From positions 1 to 64,000 of the IMG/VR virus record IMGVR_UViG_3300007734_000760: a DNA stretch of 64,000 nucleotides. One strand, given 5' to 3'. Positions 17,679 through 26,907 of this stretch are shown here, piece by piece. Within the stretch, counting starts at the first letter, position 1; the number at the start of each line of letters is the position of its first letter. Position numbers and translations under genes: made by a program. A model generated the notes under the pieces. That model worked only from the letters and a program-made list of their open reading frames with translations. It did no database searches and was not told the DNA's origin. The DNA is from a virus.

Positions 17679-18283
17679 TATTTTTTCTTTGCTGGTGAGC
17701 CAATCCATATTTCATTATCAGGAACACTTTTAGTAACTAATGAACCCATTCCTATAATACTATTTTCTCCAATTGTAATTCCATCTCTAAGTGTTGAGTT
17801 AACTCCTAAAAATGCTCCATTTTTAATGTGACAGTGTCCTGACATTACTACATGAGAAGTAAAGAAAACATTATCTTCAATTATACTGTGATGTCCAATG
17901 TGGTTACCACTCCATAATATGACATTATCTCCTATTGTTGTAAATGGCTGTAATGTATTATTTTCTAATATAAAGCAATTTTTTCCAATTGAAGAAGCAT
18001 AATTAGTACAATTTGGAGAAATATAAGATGTAAATTCATATCCTTTTTTTATTCCTTCATTATAAATTTTTTCTCTTAATTTATTATCTGTTACAGGAGC
18101 AAATAAGTAGTAATCTGAAGGTGGATAATGTTGTTCTAACTCTTCAAATGGTACAACAGGTAATTCATGAAATTCATTTTGGGTTAAATACTCTTTATTA
18201 ACAGTAAATGCTTCTAAATTATCCATGTAAAACCAAGCTAACTCAGCTAAATCATTTATACCAAATATAATTATTTTCTTCAT
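17678..18283 (-). CDS. Hexapeptide-repeat sugar acyltransferase (PglD/NeuD-like)
   Basis: Left-handed beta-helix repeats IGKNCFI, IGDNVIL, IGHH, GSPAK. Confidence 0.9.
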   Translation of the reverse strand: MKKIIIFGINDLAELAWFYMDNLEAFTVNKEYLTQNEFHELPVVPFEELEQHYPPSDYYLFAPVTDNKLREKIYNEGIKKGYEFTSYISPNCTNYASSIGKNCFILENNTLQPFTTIGDNVILWSGNHIGHHSIIEDNVFFTSHVVMSGHCHIKNGAFLGVNSTLRDGITIGENSIIGMGSLVTKSVPDNEIWIGSPAKKK

Positions 18284-19059
18284 AATTCGTTGTATCCTTT
18301 TTTCATTTCAATTCCTTCATATTCAGATAAATAAGGAACAGAAGCAAATCCTAAAATTGATTTTTCTTTTTGTGATAATTGATTTTTAATTTCTTCAGGC
18401 AATGCTTTAGTTATATCAAAATGTTGTTTAATCCACCATCTTGTAAATGTAGCTATAATTGTCCATCTAGTATCCTCTGTTTTATTATTTGTTGTGCCAT
18501 GCCAAATTCTACTATCCCAAATAGCTATATCTCCAGCTTTTAATAATAATGGAGTAGCATCATTAAATTTAGTATTATCAGCATATTTTCCAATTTGGTG
18601 AGAACCTGGAATGACTACTGTACATCCATTTTCTATAGACATATCTTCAAGTACAATTACCATTTGCATAGCTATTACTTCTTCTCCTTGATATGGTATA
18701 AATGAATCTATATGTAATGGTAAAGCTGAGTTGCTTGATCTGGCTCCAAATGATCTTAAAATGTAATTTGGTTGATCTTGTGGAATTTGTTTATACCATT
18801 TATCATTTAGATGTTTAATTAATATATGTTCTATTTCTTTATTATCAAATAATAATTTAATAAAATTAATATCTTTATTTTGAAGATTATAAACATTAGG
18901 TTGATTAGTGTTTAAATATGGAGTATCTTGACAAATTTTATCTTTTGTTTCTTTATATAATTCTTTAATTTTAGTTAAAAAATTATTTACTTGATTTTGA
19001 GATAACACTTGAGGTAATACACAATATCCATCTTTTTTTATTTGTTCTAAATAATTCAT
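18280..19059 (-). CDS. PhyH-family Fe(II)/2OG dioxygenase (second copy)
   Basis: DGYCVL, LHID, ENGCTVVIPGSH, WH. Confidence 0.88.
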   Translation of the reverse strand: MNYLEQIKKDGYCVLPQVLSQNQVNNFLTKIKELYKETKDKICQDTPYLNTNQPNVYNLQNKDINFIKLLFDNKEIEHILIKHLNDKWYKQIPQDQPNYILRSFGARSSNSALPLHIDSFIPYQGEEVIAMQMVIVLEDMSIENGCTVVIPGSHQIGKYADNTKFNDATPLLLKAGDIAIWDSRIWHGTTNNKTEDTRWTIIATFTRWWIKQHFDITKALPEEIKNQLSQKEKSILGFASVPYLSEYEGIEMKKGYNEL

Positions 19060-19062
19060 ATT

Positions 19063-19689
19063 TTAATTTTTATAAACATAAACTGTGTATTCATATAATC
19101 CATAATTGTTTTTAATTACAAAATTACGAGATAAATTATCTACTAACCACTGTCCTAATTGATCTATTGAAACATGAAATAAATCATCTCTTTCCCAATC
19201 AACTAATTTAGACATAACATTAAATGCTATTCCTTTATTTGTTTTAGTCCAAAGTTTTTCTAATGTGCTACACATAAAATTAGTCATTTCTTCTTGTGTA
19301 AGAGTATCTTTAACTGTAAATGTACCATTACATATTATGTAATCAAAATTTAAATCAAAAAGATTTTTATGTATGTCAGAATTAATCCATGTTGTTTTAG
19401 GATATTTTTCTTCAGCAATTTTAAGTACTTCTTTATTAATATCTAAACCTGTATATTCTACTAGTTTTTCATGTTCTTTAATCCATTTATAAAATCCTCC
19501 ATATCCACATCCAAAATCTAAAACTGTAGTATTTGGAGTTATTTGTGTAGGATATTTAATTAAATCAAACATTACTTCATATCTTTTATTTAGATTTATT
19601 TGGTTATCCCAAGCTAATCCTTCAGGTGTTTCACCATGTTTGTTAAATGCTTTATTATAATAGTCTGCTATTTTGTTATATGAGTTCAT
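19063..19689 (-). CDS. Class I SAM-dependent methyltransferase
   Basis: VLDFGCGYG, YTGLDIN, FDYIICNG. Confidence 0.9.
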   Translation of the reverse strand: MNSYNKIADYYNKAFNKHGETPEGLAWDNQINLNKRYEVMFDLIKYPTQITPNTTVLDFGCGYGGFYKWIKEHEKLVEYTGLDINKEVLKIAEEKYPKTTWINSDIHKNLFDLNFDYIICNGTFTVKDTLTQEEMTNFMCSTLEKLWTKTNKGIAFNVMSKLVDWERDDLFHVSIDQLGQWLVDNLSRNFVIKNNYGLYEYTVYVYKN

Positions 19690-20335
19690 AATTATTTAAT
19701 TCTTGTTTTATTAATTCTTTATCATATTTAAAAAGTAAATCAAGAATAGAAGTTGTTGGTAACTCAGATTTATTTTTTATAAATTTAAGATCTATATTTT
19801 GAGAAGCAAAATTCTCTTTATTATAAAGACTCTGTCCTCCAATAGCATTAATATAATTGTCTCCTTTAAAATGTTTTACTATATCTTGTAATCCTTCATT
19901 TTTCTTTCTAGTAGTTATACCTTCTGATGAATCAATAATTTTAGTTTTAATATCTAAATATTTACAAATTCTTTTAATGTAAAATAAATTAATTTGAGAA
20001 ATAGAATGTCCTAAACTATTTGTATCGGTAGTAAAAATTTGTTGAACTATATTTTTATAGTTTTCTTCTTTACTATATAAATGATGAATAGTTTTAGGAA
20101 AATTAATTATAAATTTATCATCTGATTTTACTATTACTTCATTACATTTTTTATTTTGACTACCTCCAATAACTGGAACTGACATTTGAACATTATTTTT
20201 TAAAGTATTTCTAGTCATGTAACTTGCTTTCATAAACGAAACATGATCTAAATTTACATATATGTCAACAGCATTTATAAGTTGAAAATAACCTATATAA
20301 GGAAAAAAATATGGTTGCATTATGCCTATAGTCAT
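19676..20335 (-). CDS. WbqC-family protein (putative aminoacyl/glycyl transferase)
   Basis: IMQPYFFPYIGYFQLI, YINAIGG..LY, SILDLLF. Confidence 0.9.
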   Translation of the reverse strand: MTIGIMQPYFFPYIGYFQLINAVDIYVNLDHVSFMKASYMTRNTLKNNVQMSVPVIGGSQNKKCNEVIVKSDDKFIINFPKTIHHLYSKEENYKNIVQQIFTTDTNSLGHSISQINLFYIKRICKYLDIKTKIIDSSEGITTRKKNEGLQDIVKHFKGDNYINAIGGQSLYNKENFASQNIDLKFIKNKSELPTTSILDLLFKYDKELIKQELNNYELI

Positions 20336-20988
20336 TATCTATTAGCTTTAGTGTATATTTCAAATTGACTTAAATCAGGATATGGTAATTCTTTATCTGG
20401 TATGTTAATTGGTTTTCCATCTTTATAAAATCCACTCATTAATATTAATCCCCTAACTGCTAACTCAGGATTTAAATAAAAATTCCATCCAAGCATATCT
20501 AAATTATCTTCCATATATGGAATTTCTCTACGTCCTGAAAATCTAGCTCGTTTAAACCAAGCTGCTGCTTCAGCATTATCACAAAGAATAGCTCCTGCTT
20601 TACTTCCCATTTTAAAGTTTTTTAACCCTCCAGTCATTGAAATACACATAAATGTTCCTGGTTTGTACATATTATGAGTAAAACATAAAGCTGAATCCCA
20701 AACATTTGATCCTTCTAATTGATATGCTCCTTTAAGTGTTTTTTTAGTAGGAGGATAAAAATCAACTTTTAATCCATTTCTAATAATTTCAGGTGGTACA
20801 CCTGGATATGTTCGAGCTGGAATCCTAATAGTATCTGCTGTTAATGTTTTAGCAATATTTTTTTCATAATGTAAACATAAAAATAAAGCATTACAAGCAT
20901 TATCTATAGTTACTACATATGGTGCTCCTGTATAATCTGATAGTGCTTCTTCAAATTCTTCAGTTATTCTATATACTCCTTTACTCAT
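20335..20988 (-). CDS. Shortened DegT/DnrJ/EryC1/StrS PLP sugar aminotransferase
   Basis: EFEEALSDYTGAPYVV..DNACNAL, IPARTY, WDSA, K..K.G..GAIL, GWNF. Confidence 0.8.
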   Translation of the reverse strand: MSKGVYRITEEFEEALSDYTGAPYVVTIDNACNALFLCLHYEKNIAKTLTADTIRIPARTYPGVPPEIIRNGLKVDFYPPTKKTLKGAYQLEGSNVWDSALCFTHNMYKPGTFMCISMTGGLKNFKMGSKAGAILCDNAEAAAWFKRARFSGRREIPYMEDNLDMLGWNFYLNPELAVRGLILMSGFYKDGKPINIPDKELPYPDLSQFEIYTKANR

Positions 20989-20991
20989 ATT

Positions 20992-21705
20992 TTATTTTTT
21001 AATTATTGAGGATGTTATACTTCTTTTTTTAAATTGAGGTTCTTGTTTAGGATTAAAACGATTATGAATATCTATAGTTTCAATATTATCATTTAAATAT
21101 TTATTTTGTTCATCTGTTAAATAAACACTTTTTAAAGATTCCATTAAATAAAATAAAGTAGTATTTTTTCTATTTTCTTGTATGTCTAATTGTTTACCAT
21201 AAAGTGGATATCCGCTATCTGCTAATGATGTGTGTAAATCTTCAATTATGTAAATACCTTTAGATTTTAATAACGGGAAAAAATAAGCTAAAGTAATTTG
21301 TTGATCACGCATATGATGACTACCATCATCAATTATAATATCAAACTCATAACCATTTAATTTACATTGATTAACAAAATTAACTAACTCAGATTCATTT
21401 GATTGATCTAATTGAAAAACATGAACTCTATCGTTAGAAAGATCTCGTTCATCATTTATGTCTAAAGCTATGATAGTAGCTTTTGGAAAATATTCATACC
21501 ACATTTTTAATGATCCACCACCACAAACTCCAATTTCTAATATTAAAACTGGTTTATCTCTTAAAGGTGATAATAATTTATCATAATAGTAAGTGTAACT
21601 ATGACCTGCGTTACGTTGAGTACCTTTATCTATTCCATCTGATCCTTCATCTTGGGCTTTAAAAAGAATAGGACAATCAGCAATTTCAGTTAATGTTTTA
21701 TTCAT
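20992..21705 (-). CDS. Class I SAM methyltransferase (sugar O-methyltransferase-like)
   Basis: ILEIGVCGGGSLKMW.EYF, DQS, FDIIIDDGSH, YIIED. Confidence 0.85.
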   Translation of the reverse strand: MNKTLTEIADCPILFKAQDEGSDGIDKGTQRNAGHSYTYYYDKLLSPLRDKPVLILEIGVCGGGSLKMWYEYFPKATIIALDINDERDLSNDRVHVFQLDQSNESELVNFVNQCKLNGYEFDIIIDDGSHHMRDQQITLAYFFPLLKSKGIYIIEDLHTSLADSGYPLYGKQLDIQENRKNTTLFYLMESLKSVYLTDEQNKYLNDNIETIDIHNRFNPKQEPQFKKRSITSSIIKK

Positions 21706-21716
21706 AATTTATTTGT

Positions 21717-21748
21717 TAAATATATTAATTATTTAATGAGTTTTCAAA
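21717..21748 (-). promoter_or_regulatory. Class I promoter
   Basis: TTTG-N20-TATATTTA, but lacks the GCTT extension. Confidence 0.55.
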
Positions 21749-22603
21749 CTTAATTAACTCTTTTTGAAAACTTTCATGAGCTATTTTTTTAAATTCTTCT
21801 TGTTTATTTATTACTGTTAAAAATTCTTTATATGGATTAAATCTATATAAGTGATCTTCTACTATAATTTCATTTTCTATAACATATTGAGTGACTCCTA
21901 AACCTTTTTGTTGCATCATATGTGAACAATACATTATAAATGTATCTTCTAATCCATAATGTCCTAATGATTCAGGTATTCCTATTTTTTTAGCTAATTG
22001 AGTACTAATTACTGTAGCCCATCCTCCTCCAAATTTAAATCCATCTATAGGTTTAATCATTACATCATTTGATAAACGTTGAAAATGTTTGTAAGGATCT
22101 CTACTTTGAAAATGAATACCATCATTTTTAAATTCATTATTAACAATTGGATCCCAACTATTATCCCACATTGGAGTTGTTTGAGGTGTTAATATAAAAT
22201 ATGGATTTTCATTTTTTAATGTTTCAACAGCATTATATGTAAAATAAAGTAATGTGTTATTAAAGAAAATATCTGTGTCTAAAATTAGTAAAGCATCAGA
22301 TTCTGTTTCTTGAATTGATTTTCTTCTATGTGATACACATCCTTGAATTGTTCCATCTTCATTTACTTCAAATTTAGTATCAGCCCAAGTTTTAGTTAAT
22401 TGTTCTAATTGATCAAATTTATTTATAAAAAATGATTTAGGTAAAATTGAAGTGTTCCAATCAACTAAATTACAATTTAAAACAACATCTACTAATATTT
22501 TTTCATCATTAATTAAATAATTAGAATTATATTTTAAACGAATTAAAAGTTGTTCTAATTGATCTATTTCATGCGGAAGAGTATGTATTAATACTTGAAT
22601 CAT
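21725..22603 (-). CDS. GT-A fold glycosyltransferase-like protein
   Basis: LILDTDIFF DxD motif; YGLEDTF. Confidence 0.7.
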   Translation of the reverse strand: MIQVLIHTLPHEIDQLEQLLIRLKYNSNYLINDEKILVDVVLNCNLVDWNTSILPKSFFINKFDQLEQLTKTWADTKFEVNEDGTIQGCVSHRRKSIQETESDALLILDTDIFFNNTLLYFTYNAVETLKNENPYFILTPQTTPMWDNSWDPIVNNEFKNDGIHFQSRDPYKHFQRLSNDVMIKPIDGFKFGGGWATVISTQLAKKIGIPESLGHYGLEDTFIMYCSHMMQQKGLGVTQYVIENEIIVEDHLYRFNPYKEFLTVINKQEEFKKIAHESFQKELIKFENSLNN

Positions 22604-23418
22604 AAATTATTTAATTTAAATATTTTTTCTATTTTATTTACAATACTTTGTTCATAATTAATATACTGTAGTGCTATTTGGTAATTATCTTCTATAGCTT
22701 CTTTATGAGAATTATAATAATCAGGAGTTAATCCGTTTGATAAGTAAATTAAATCATCTACATTTTTAAATGGAATTATTCCAGACGGATTAAAAAATTC
22801 AAAAATATCTGAACATCCCCAATATATAGGAATAGTTTTCATTAAAAAGCAATCTAATATCTTTTCACTAAAATAACCTCTATGAGAAAAATTTTCAATT
22901 ACTATTCCAAATTGTGAATTTCCAAATACTGTTTCTTTACCAATACGTGCATCATCTTCATTATGTCTATCTCCTATTGTTTTATAAAAATTAGTAGGTG
23001 TTTTAAATTCATTTTCTCTAACTAAAATTTCATGACGCATTTGATGTCCATAAGATTTTAATAAAACACCACATAAATGAGCTAATTCAAATTTTTTATC
23101 ATGCTCTTTTTCATACTGATCTGGTTTAAACCAAGTTTGTCCAAATGGAAAAAATAAAGCATTATCACAAGTATTTAATATTTTATCATTCCAAGTTAAT
23201 ATAGCTTGAAACATATTTTTATTTTGAATAGTCCAATCATGTAAATTAAAATATTCATTTGGTTCAGCTAGTACTATTATATTAATAGAAGAAAAATCAT
23301 CTTGTTTTTGAGGAATTTCATCTACAAATAAAGAAAAATCTACATGTTTTAAATGTGATAATTTTTCCTCAAATGTTTTTGGATTAAAAAATTTGCTAAA
23401 TATTTTCATTATTTTCAT
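22600..23418 (-). CDS. GT10 (fucosyltransferase-like) glycosyltransferase
   Basis: FGIVIEN...YFSEKILDCF...TIPIYWG. Confidence 0.85.
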   Translation of the reverse strand: MKIMKIFSKFFNPKTFEEKLSHLKHVDFSLFVDEIPQKQDDFSSINIIVLAEPNEYFNLHDWTIQNKNMFQAILTWNDKILNTCDNALFFPFGQTWFKPDQYEKEHDKKFELAHLCGVLLKSYGHQMRHEILVRENEFKTPTNFYKTIGDRHNEDDARIGKETVFGNSQFGIVIENFSHRGYFSEKILDCFLMKTIPIYWGCSDIFEFFNPSGIIPFKNVDDLIYLSNGLTPDYYNSHKEAIEDNYQIALQYINYEQSIVNKIEKIFKLNNL

Positions 23419-23965
23419 TTAATAAAACAAACCAACATCCTTCAGATTCATAAATTGTTTTATTTTTAAAAAATTCATTAACTGCTCTTCTTACATCATC
23501 ACACCATGTATAATCATGTCCACCTATTATTCCTTCTTTTTTAACTTTAGGATACCAAGCATTAATATCTTTTTTAACACTTTCATAATCATGAGCCGCG
23601 TCAATAAAAACAAAATCTAATGAATTATCTTTATAAAATGCTGCTCCGTCCCAAGATAATGCTTTAACAGGATTTATTTGATGTTTTACAGGTTCTATAT
23701 TTTTTAAAAATACTTCATATAAGTTATCAAACATATGTAAAGGTATTTCTGTTTGTGAAGGAACAAAATCCCAAGTGTCTACACAATCAAATTTAATATT
23801 CTTTCCTGAGTTAATAATTTCTACAGCCATATAAGCTGCGCTCATTCCTTTCCAAGTACCTACTTCAACAAAGTGAGAGTTAGTTGGAAATTTATTTACT
23901 ATGTAAGTGTAAAGTTCAGGATATGTAAACCATTCTTCTCCTAAATTTTTATAAAAATGTTCCAT
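23396..23965 (-). CDS. Methyltransf_24-type SAM methyltransferase
   Basis: VEVGTWKG.S, DFVFIDAAHDYESV..DI, GHDY. Confidence 0.88.
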   Translation of the reverse strand: MEHFYKNLGEEWFTYPELYTYIVNKFPTNSHFVEVGTWKGMSAAYMAVEIINSGKNIKFDCVDTWDFVPSQTEIPLHMFDNLYEVFLKNIEPVKHQINPVKALSWDGAAFYKDNSLDFVFIDAAHDYESVKKDINAWYPKVKKEGIIGGHDYTWCDDVRRAVNEFFKNKTIYESEGCWFVLLNENNENI

Positions 23966-23966
23966 G

Positions 23967-24485
23967 TTATTTTATTGCTAATATATTTAAACTCATTAAT
24001 GTTCCACTTTTATCCATATGTGGTAAATATGATTTACTAAAATCATCTACTGGGTAATTTGATTCGTTCCAAGTCTCAATAGTTTTATATCCTATATCTC
24101 TTAAATCATTAGATAAAGTATGATAATCAAAAGTAATATAATGATAATTTTCATCATAATCTTGACCACCATAAAGTAATCCAATTAATGATTTTAAATC
24201 ACCGGTTTTAGTGTAATAAGAACAAATAGCACTAAAATTAGGAATTGCTAAACGTAATCGTCCTCCTGGTTTTAAAATTTCAAACCAACGTCTAAGTACT
24301 TCTTTATATTCCCATCTACCAAAATGTTCTAAAACATGACAAGCATATATTTCATCTACTGTATTTTCTTTATAATTTCGTAAAAAACGAATATTATTTA
24401 CTTCATCTACTCCAGGTAAATATCTAATATCAATGTTAGTATATCCACTAAGATGTTTTGTTCCGCAACCTAAATGTAACTTCAT
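23967..24485 (-). CDS. SAM methyltransferase (Methyltransf_11 type)
   Basis: KLHLGCG, HVLEH, LKPGG.L.LAIP. Confidence 0.88.
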   Translation of the reverse strand: MKLHLGCGTKHLSGYTNIDIRYLPGVDEVNNIRFLRNYKENTVDEIYACHVLEHFGRWEYKEVLRRWFEILKPGGRLRLAIPNFSAICSYYTKTGDLKSLIGLLYGGQDYDENYHYITFDYHTLSNDLRDIGYKTIETWNESNYPVDDFSKSYLPHMDKSGTLMSLNILAIK

Positions 24486-25114
24486 AATGTATTATAATAA
24501 TTGTTTTGTTTTTCTTGTTTTTCTATTGTTTTGTGGTGTAATAAACAATACTCTACTGCTGATGGTAAGTTAGCATATGTATTAAATCCTGATAAGCGTT
24601 CATGTACTTTATTTACCCAAACAATTTTAGGATCGTTTTTATAAATTCTCCATTGATAATCAGGAAAATTTATCCATTTGTCTTGATTTACATTCCAACC
24701 CCATTTTTTAATATGATCTTGTGTTAATCCATCTACTGTATTAATTCTGGGAATTAAATAAACTTCATTATTGGGATTATATTCTAAAATATCAGGTAAG
24801 TTTTGAATTAGTATTTCACTAACCATCTCATCAGCGTCTATTTGAAAAATATAACTTCCTTTACAATAACTATTAAGTTTGTTTTTCCAATTTCCAAAAT
24901 GACCTTCAAACTCACTTCTCCAAACACACATATGATCATGATTATGACTTTCATACTGATACAGTAATGATATCATTTCATCATCTTCACCTCCTGGATT
25001 ATCAACTAAGACTACAATCTCATCTTGCTTTCTTTTATTAGCAAGAAGAAAATCAAGTAAGCGCTGAATCTCTATTAATTCATTGCATACTGTAATTGCA
25101 TAACTAATTTTCAT
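24482..25114 (-). CDS. Glycosyltransferase family 2
   Basis: ISYAITVCNE, IFQIDADE, PDYQWR, VHE. Confidence 0.88.
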   Translation of the reverse strand: MKISYAITVCNELIEIQRLLDFLLANKRKQDEIVVLVDNPGGEDDEMISLLYQYESHNHDHMCVWRSEFEGHFGNWKNKLNSYCKGSYIFQIDADEMVSEILIQNLPDILEYNPNNEVYLIPRINTVDGLTQDHIKKWGWNVNQDKWINFPDYQWRIYKNDPKIVWVNKVHERLSGFNTYANLPSAVEYCLLHHKTIEKQEKQNNYYNTL

Positions 25115-25120
25115 ATTATC

Positions 25121-25152
25121 TAAATATACAAAACTTTTTTTAGTAAGCCTAT
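25121..25152 (-). promoter_or_regulatory. Class I promoter
   Basis: ATAGGCTTAC...TATATTTA; spacer nearly identical to that at 31519-31550. Confidence 0.7.
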
Positions 25153-25611
25153 TTATTCTGGTAAAACTTCAATGTAAGATAAAGCTTCCATAAAGTCTTT
25201 CATTTCAAAAGATTTTATAGTAGTCATATCCATTCTCCATTCATAAAATTCTCCTGGTTTATTTTTTATTGGATATTTTTCTTTTTCTGTTTCTTCTACT
25301 TTAACAGCTTTTACTCCAGCCCACTTAGCATTTTCTTTATTTGTACCATTATAAAATACCATTCCGTTTTGAGGTAAATTAATAGTTACAGGCATCCATA
25401 CTTTTCCATCTTTGTCTGTAAAGAGTACATCTTTATAAAGATCAGGTAATATTTCTATTTGTTGATTATAAAATTCTTCTCCTTCTTTCATTAAAGAATT
25501 TGTTGTAAACCCACAACCAAAACAAGAATATGTTTTGATTGTAGGAGAGTTTTCAGTTACATAGCAAGCATCTGAGTTGCAATGTGAACATATAATTAAG
25601 TTATCGTTCAT
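25153..25611 (-). CDS. Zn-ribbon hypothetical protein
   Basis: CSHC...CFGCGF. Confidence 0.65.
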   Translation of the reverse strand: MNDNLIICSHCNSDACYVTENSPTIKTYSCFGCGFTTNSLMKEGEEFYNQQIEILPDLYKDVLFTDKDGKVWMPVTINLPQNGMVFYNGTNKENAKWAGVKAVKVEETEKEKYPIKNKPGEFYEWRMDMTTIKSFEMKDFMEALSYIEVLPE

Positions 25612-26897
25612 TATATTTTAGTTAATTTAGGTAATTTAAGTTGAATTTGTTTAGGAAACTCAGGTAATTTATTTAATTCTAATTTAATAACCTTTTTCAT
25701 AGCATCAAAACTAAATTTTTCAATATTTAATTCAGTTTGTTTACGAGCGCTAGGTAAATATTTATCATAATTTTTAAATACATCATTTAATGTTTCTCCT
25801 ATTTCTGAAAAGTTTGGACTAAACCAAGAACTTTCTTTAAGTAAAAACTGATTTGCTACTGAAGGGTGTACTAGTGTTAGTGTTCCATCAATTAAAGTAG
25901 TATACTGTTTACTTAAAAAATCAATATGTCCACTCCAATTTGTTGCTATAATTGGTTTTTTAACTAAACTAAATTCAAGTAATGGACGACCAAAACCTTC
26001 ACCTTTAGTTAATGAAACCATTGCTTTTACTTTTGGATGATTATATAATTCATTAATTTCAGTATCTGAAAAATCACCATGTAATAAATAAATATTAGGT
26101 AACAATTTAGAATTTACTGTGTTTTTAATCGCATTAATCATTTTTAAGATATTTTCTCTATCCATATATGAATTAACAGCACTTGATGTTTTAAGAATTA
26201 AAGCAGGCATATTTGCACTTGATTTATTTTTAAATGTTTCAAAAAATGCTTTAATTAATAATCCTACATTTTTTCTATCTTCACCTATTGGAGCTTGAAT
26301 ATTTATCCAGTGACCTACAAATAAATAACAAAATGATTCTTTAATATCTTTTAAATCAATATTAGTAATATCTTTTGCTTCAAGTATTTTATAAGTATTT
26401 AAATCAGCTCCTTCAAATACTACTTCTATTGGTTTTTCTAATTGAACTATCCCTACTACTTTTCCAGATTGATCTTTTTTCTCAAATTTAGAATTTTCAA
26501 ATACGTTTTTAGAGTGTTGAGATGAAATCCATGTTGTATTCATTCTATTTACTCCTTCAATCCATTCTGGTGGGCAAATAGTTGATTCAATTCCAGCTGT
26601 AACTCCGATATTATATTTTCCTAATGTTTGAAATTCATTAGGTACTGTTATTTGTATCCAAGTATCAGGTTGAGTATTTATTTGAGATGAATCTACAGTG
26701 TATTCATTTAAAAATAACCATTCTGGGTTATCATTAATGAATCCCCAACTGCAATCACCCCAACGTTGAGGAAGAATTTTTATATTCCATTCATCTTTTT
26801 TTAATTCAATAATGGCTTTAACTAAATCTCGAGAACGAGCTCCGTAACCACTATAAGTGTCAATAGGACAACTTATTACACATAACGATTTATTCAT
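25611..26897 (-). CDS. Glycosyltransferase family 4 (GT-B)
   Basis: YSGYG, FVGHW, RKN, GEGFGRPLLE, ATNWSGH.DF. Confidence 0.88.
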   Translation of the reverse strand: MNKSLCVISCPIDTYSGYGARSRDLVKAIIELKKDEWNIKILPQRWGDCSWGFINDNPEWLFLNEYTVDSSQINTQPDTWIQITVPNEFQTLGKYNIGVTAGIESTICPPEWIEGVNRMNTTWISSQHSKNVFENSKFEKKDQSGKVVGIVQLEKPIEVVFEGADLNTYKILEAKDITNIDLKDIKESFCYLFVGHWINIQAPIGEDRKNVGLLIKAFFETFKNKSSANMPALILKTSSAVNSYMDRENILKMINAIKNTVNSKLLPNIYLLHGDFSDTEINELYNHPKVKAMVSLTKGEGFGRPLLEFSLVKKPIIATNWSGHIDFLSKQYTTLIDGTLTLVHPSVANQFLLKESSWFSPNFSEIGETLNDVFKNYDKYLPSARKQTELNIEKFSFDAMKKVIKLELNKLPEFPKQIQLKLPKLTKI

Positions 26898-26907
26898 TTT
26901 TTTATTT

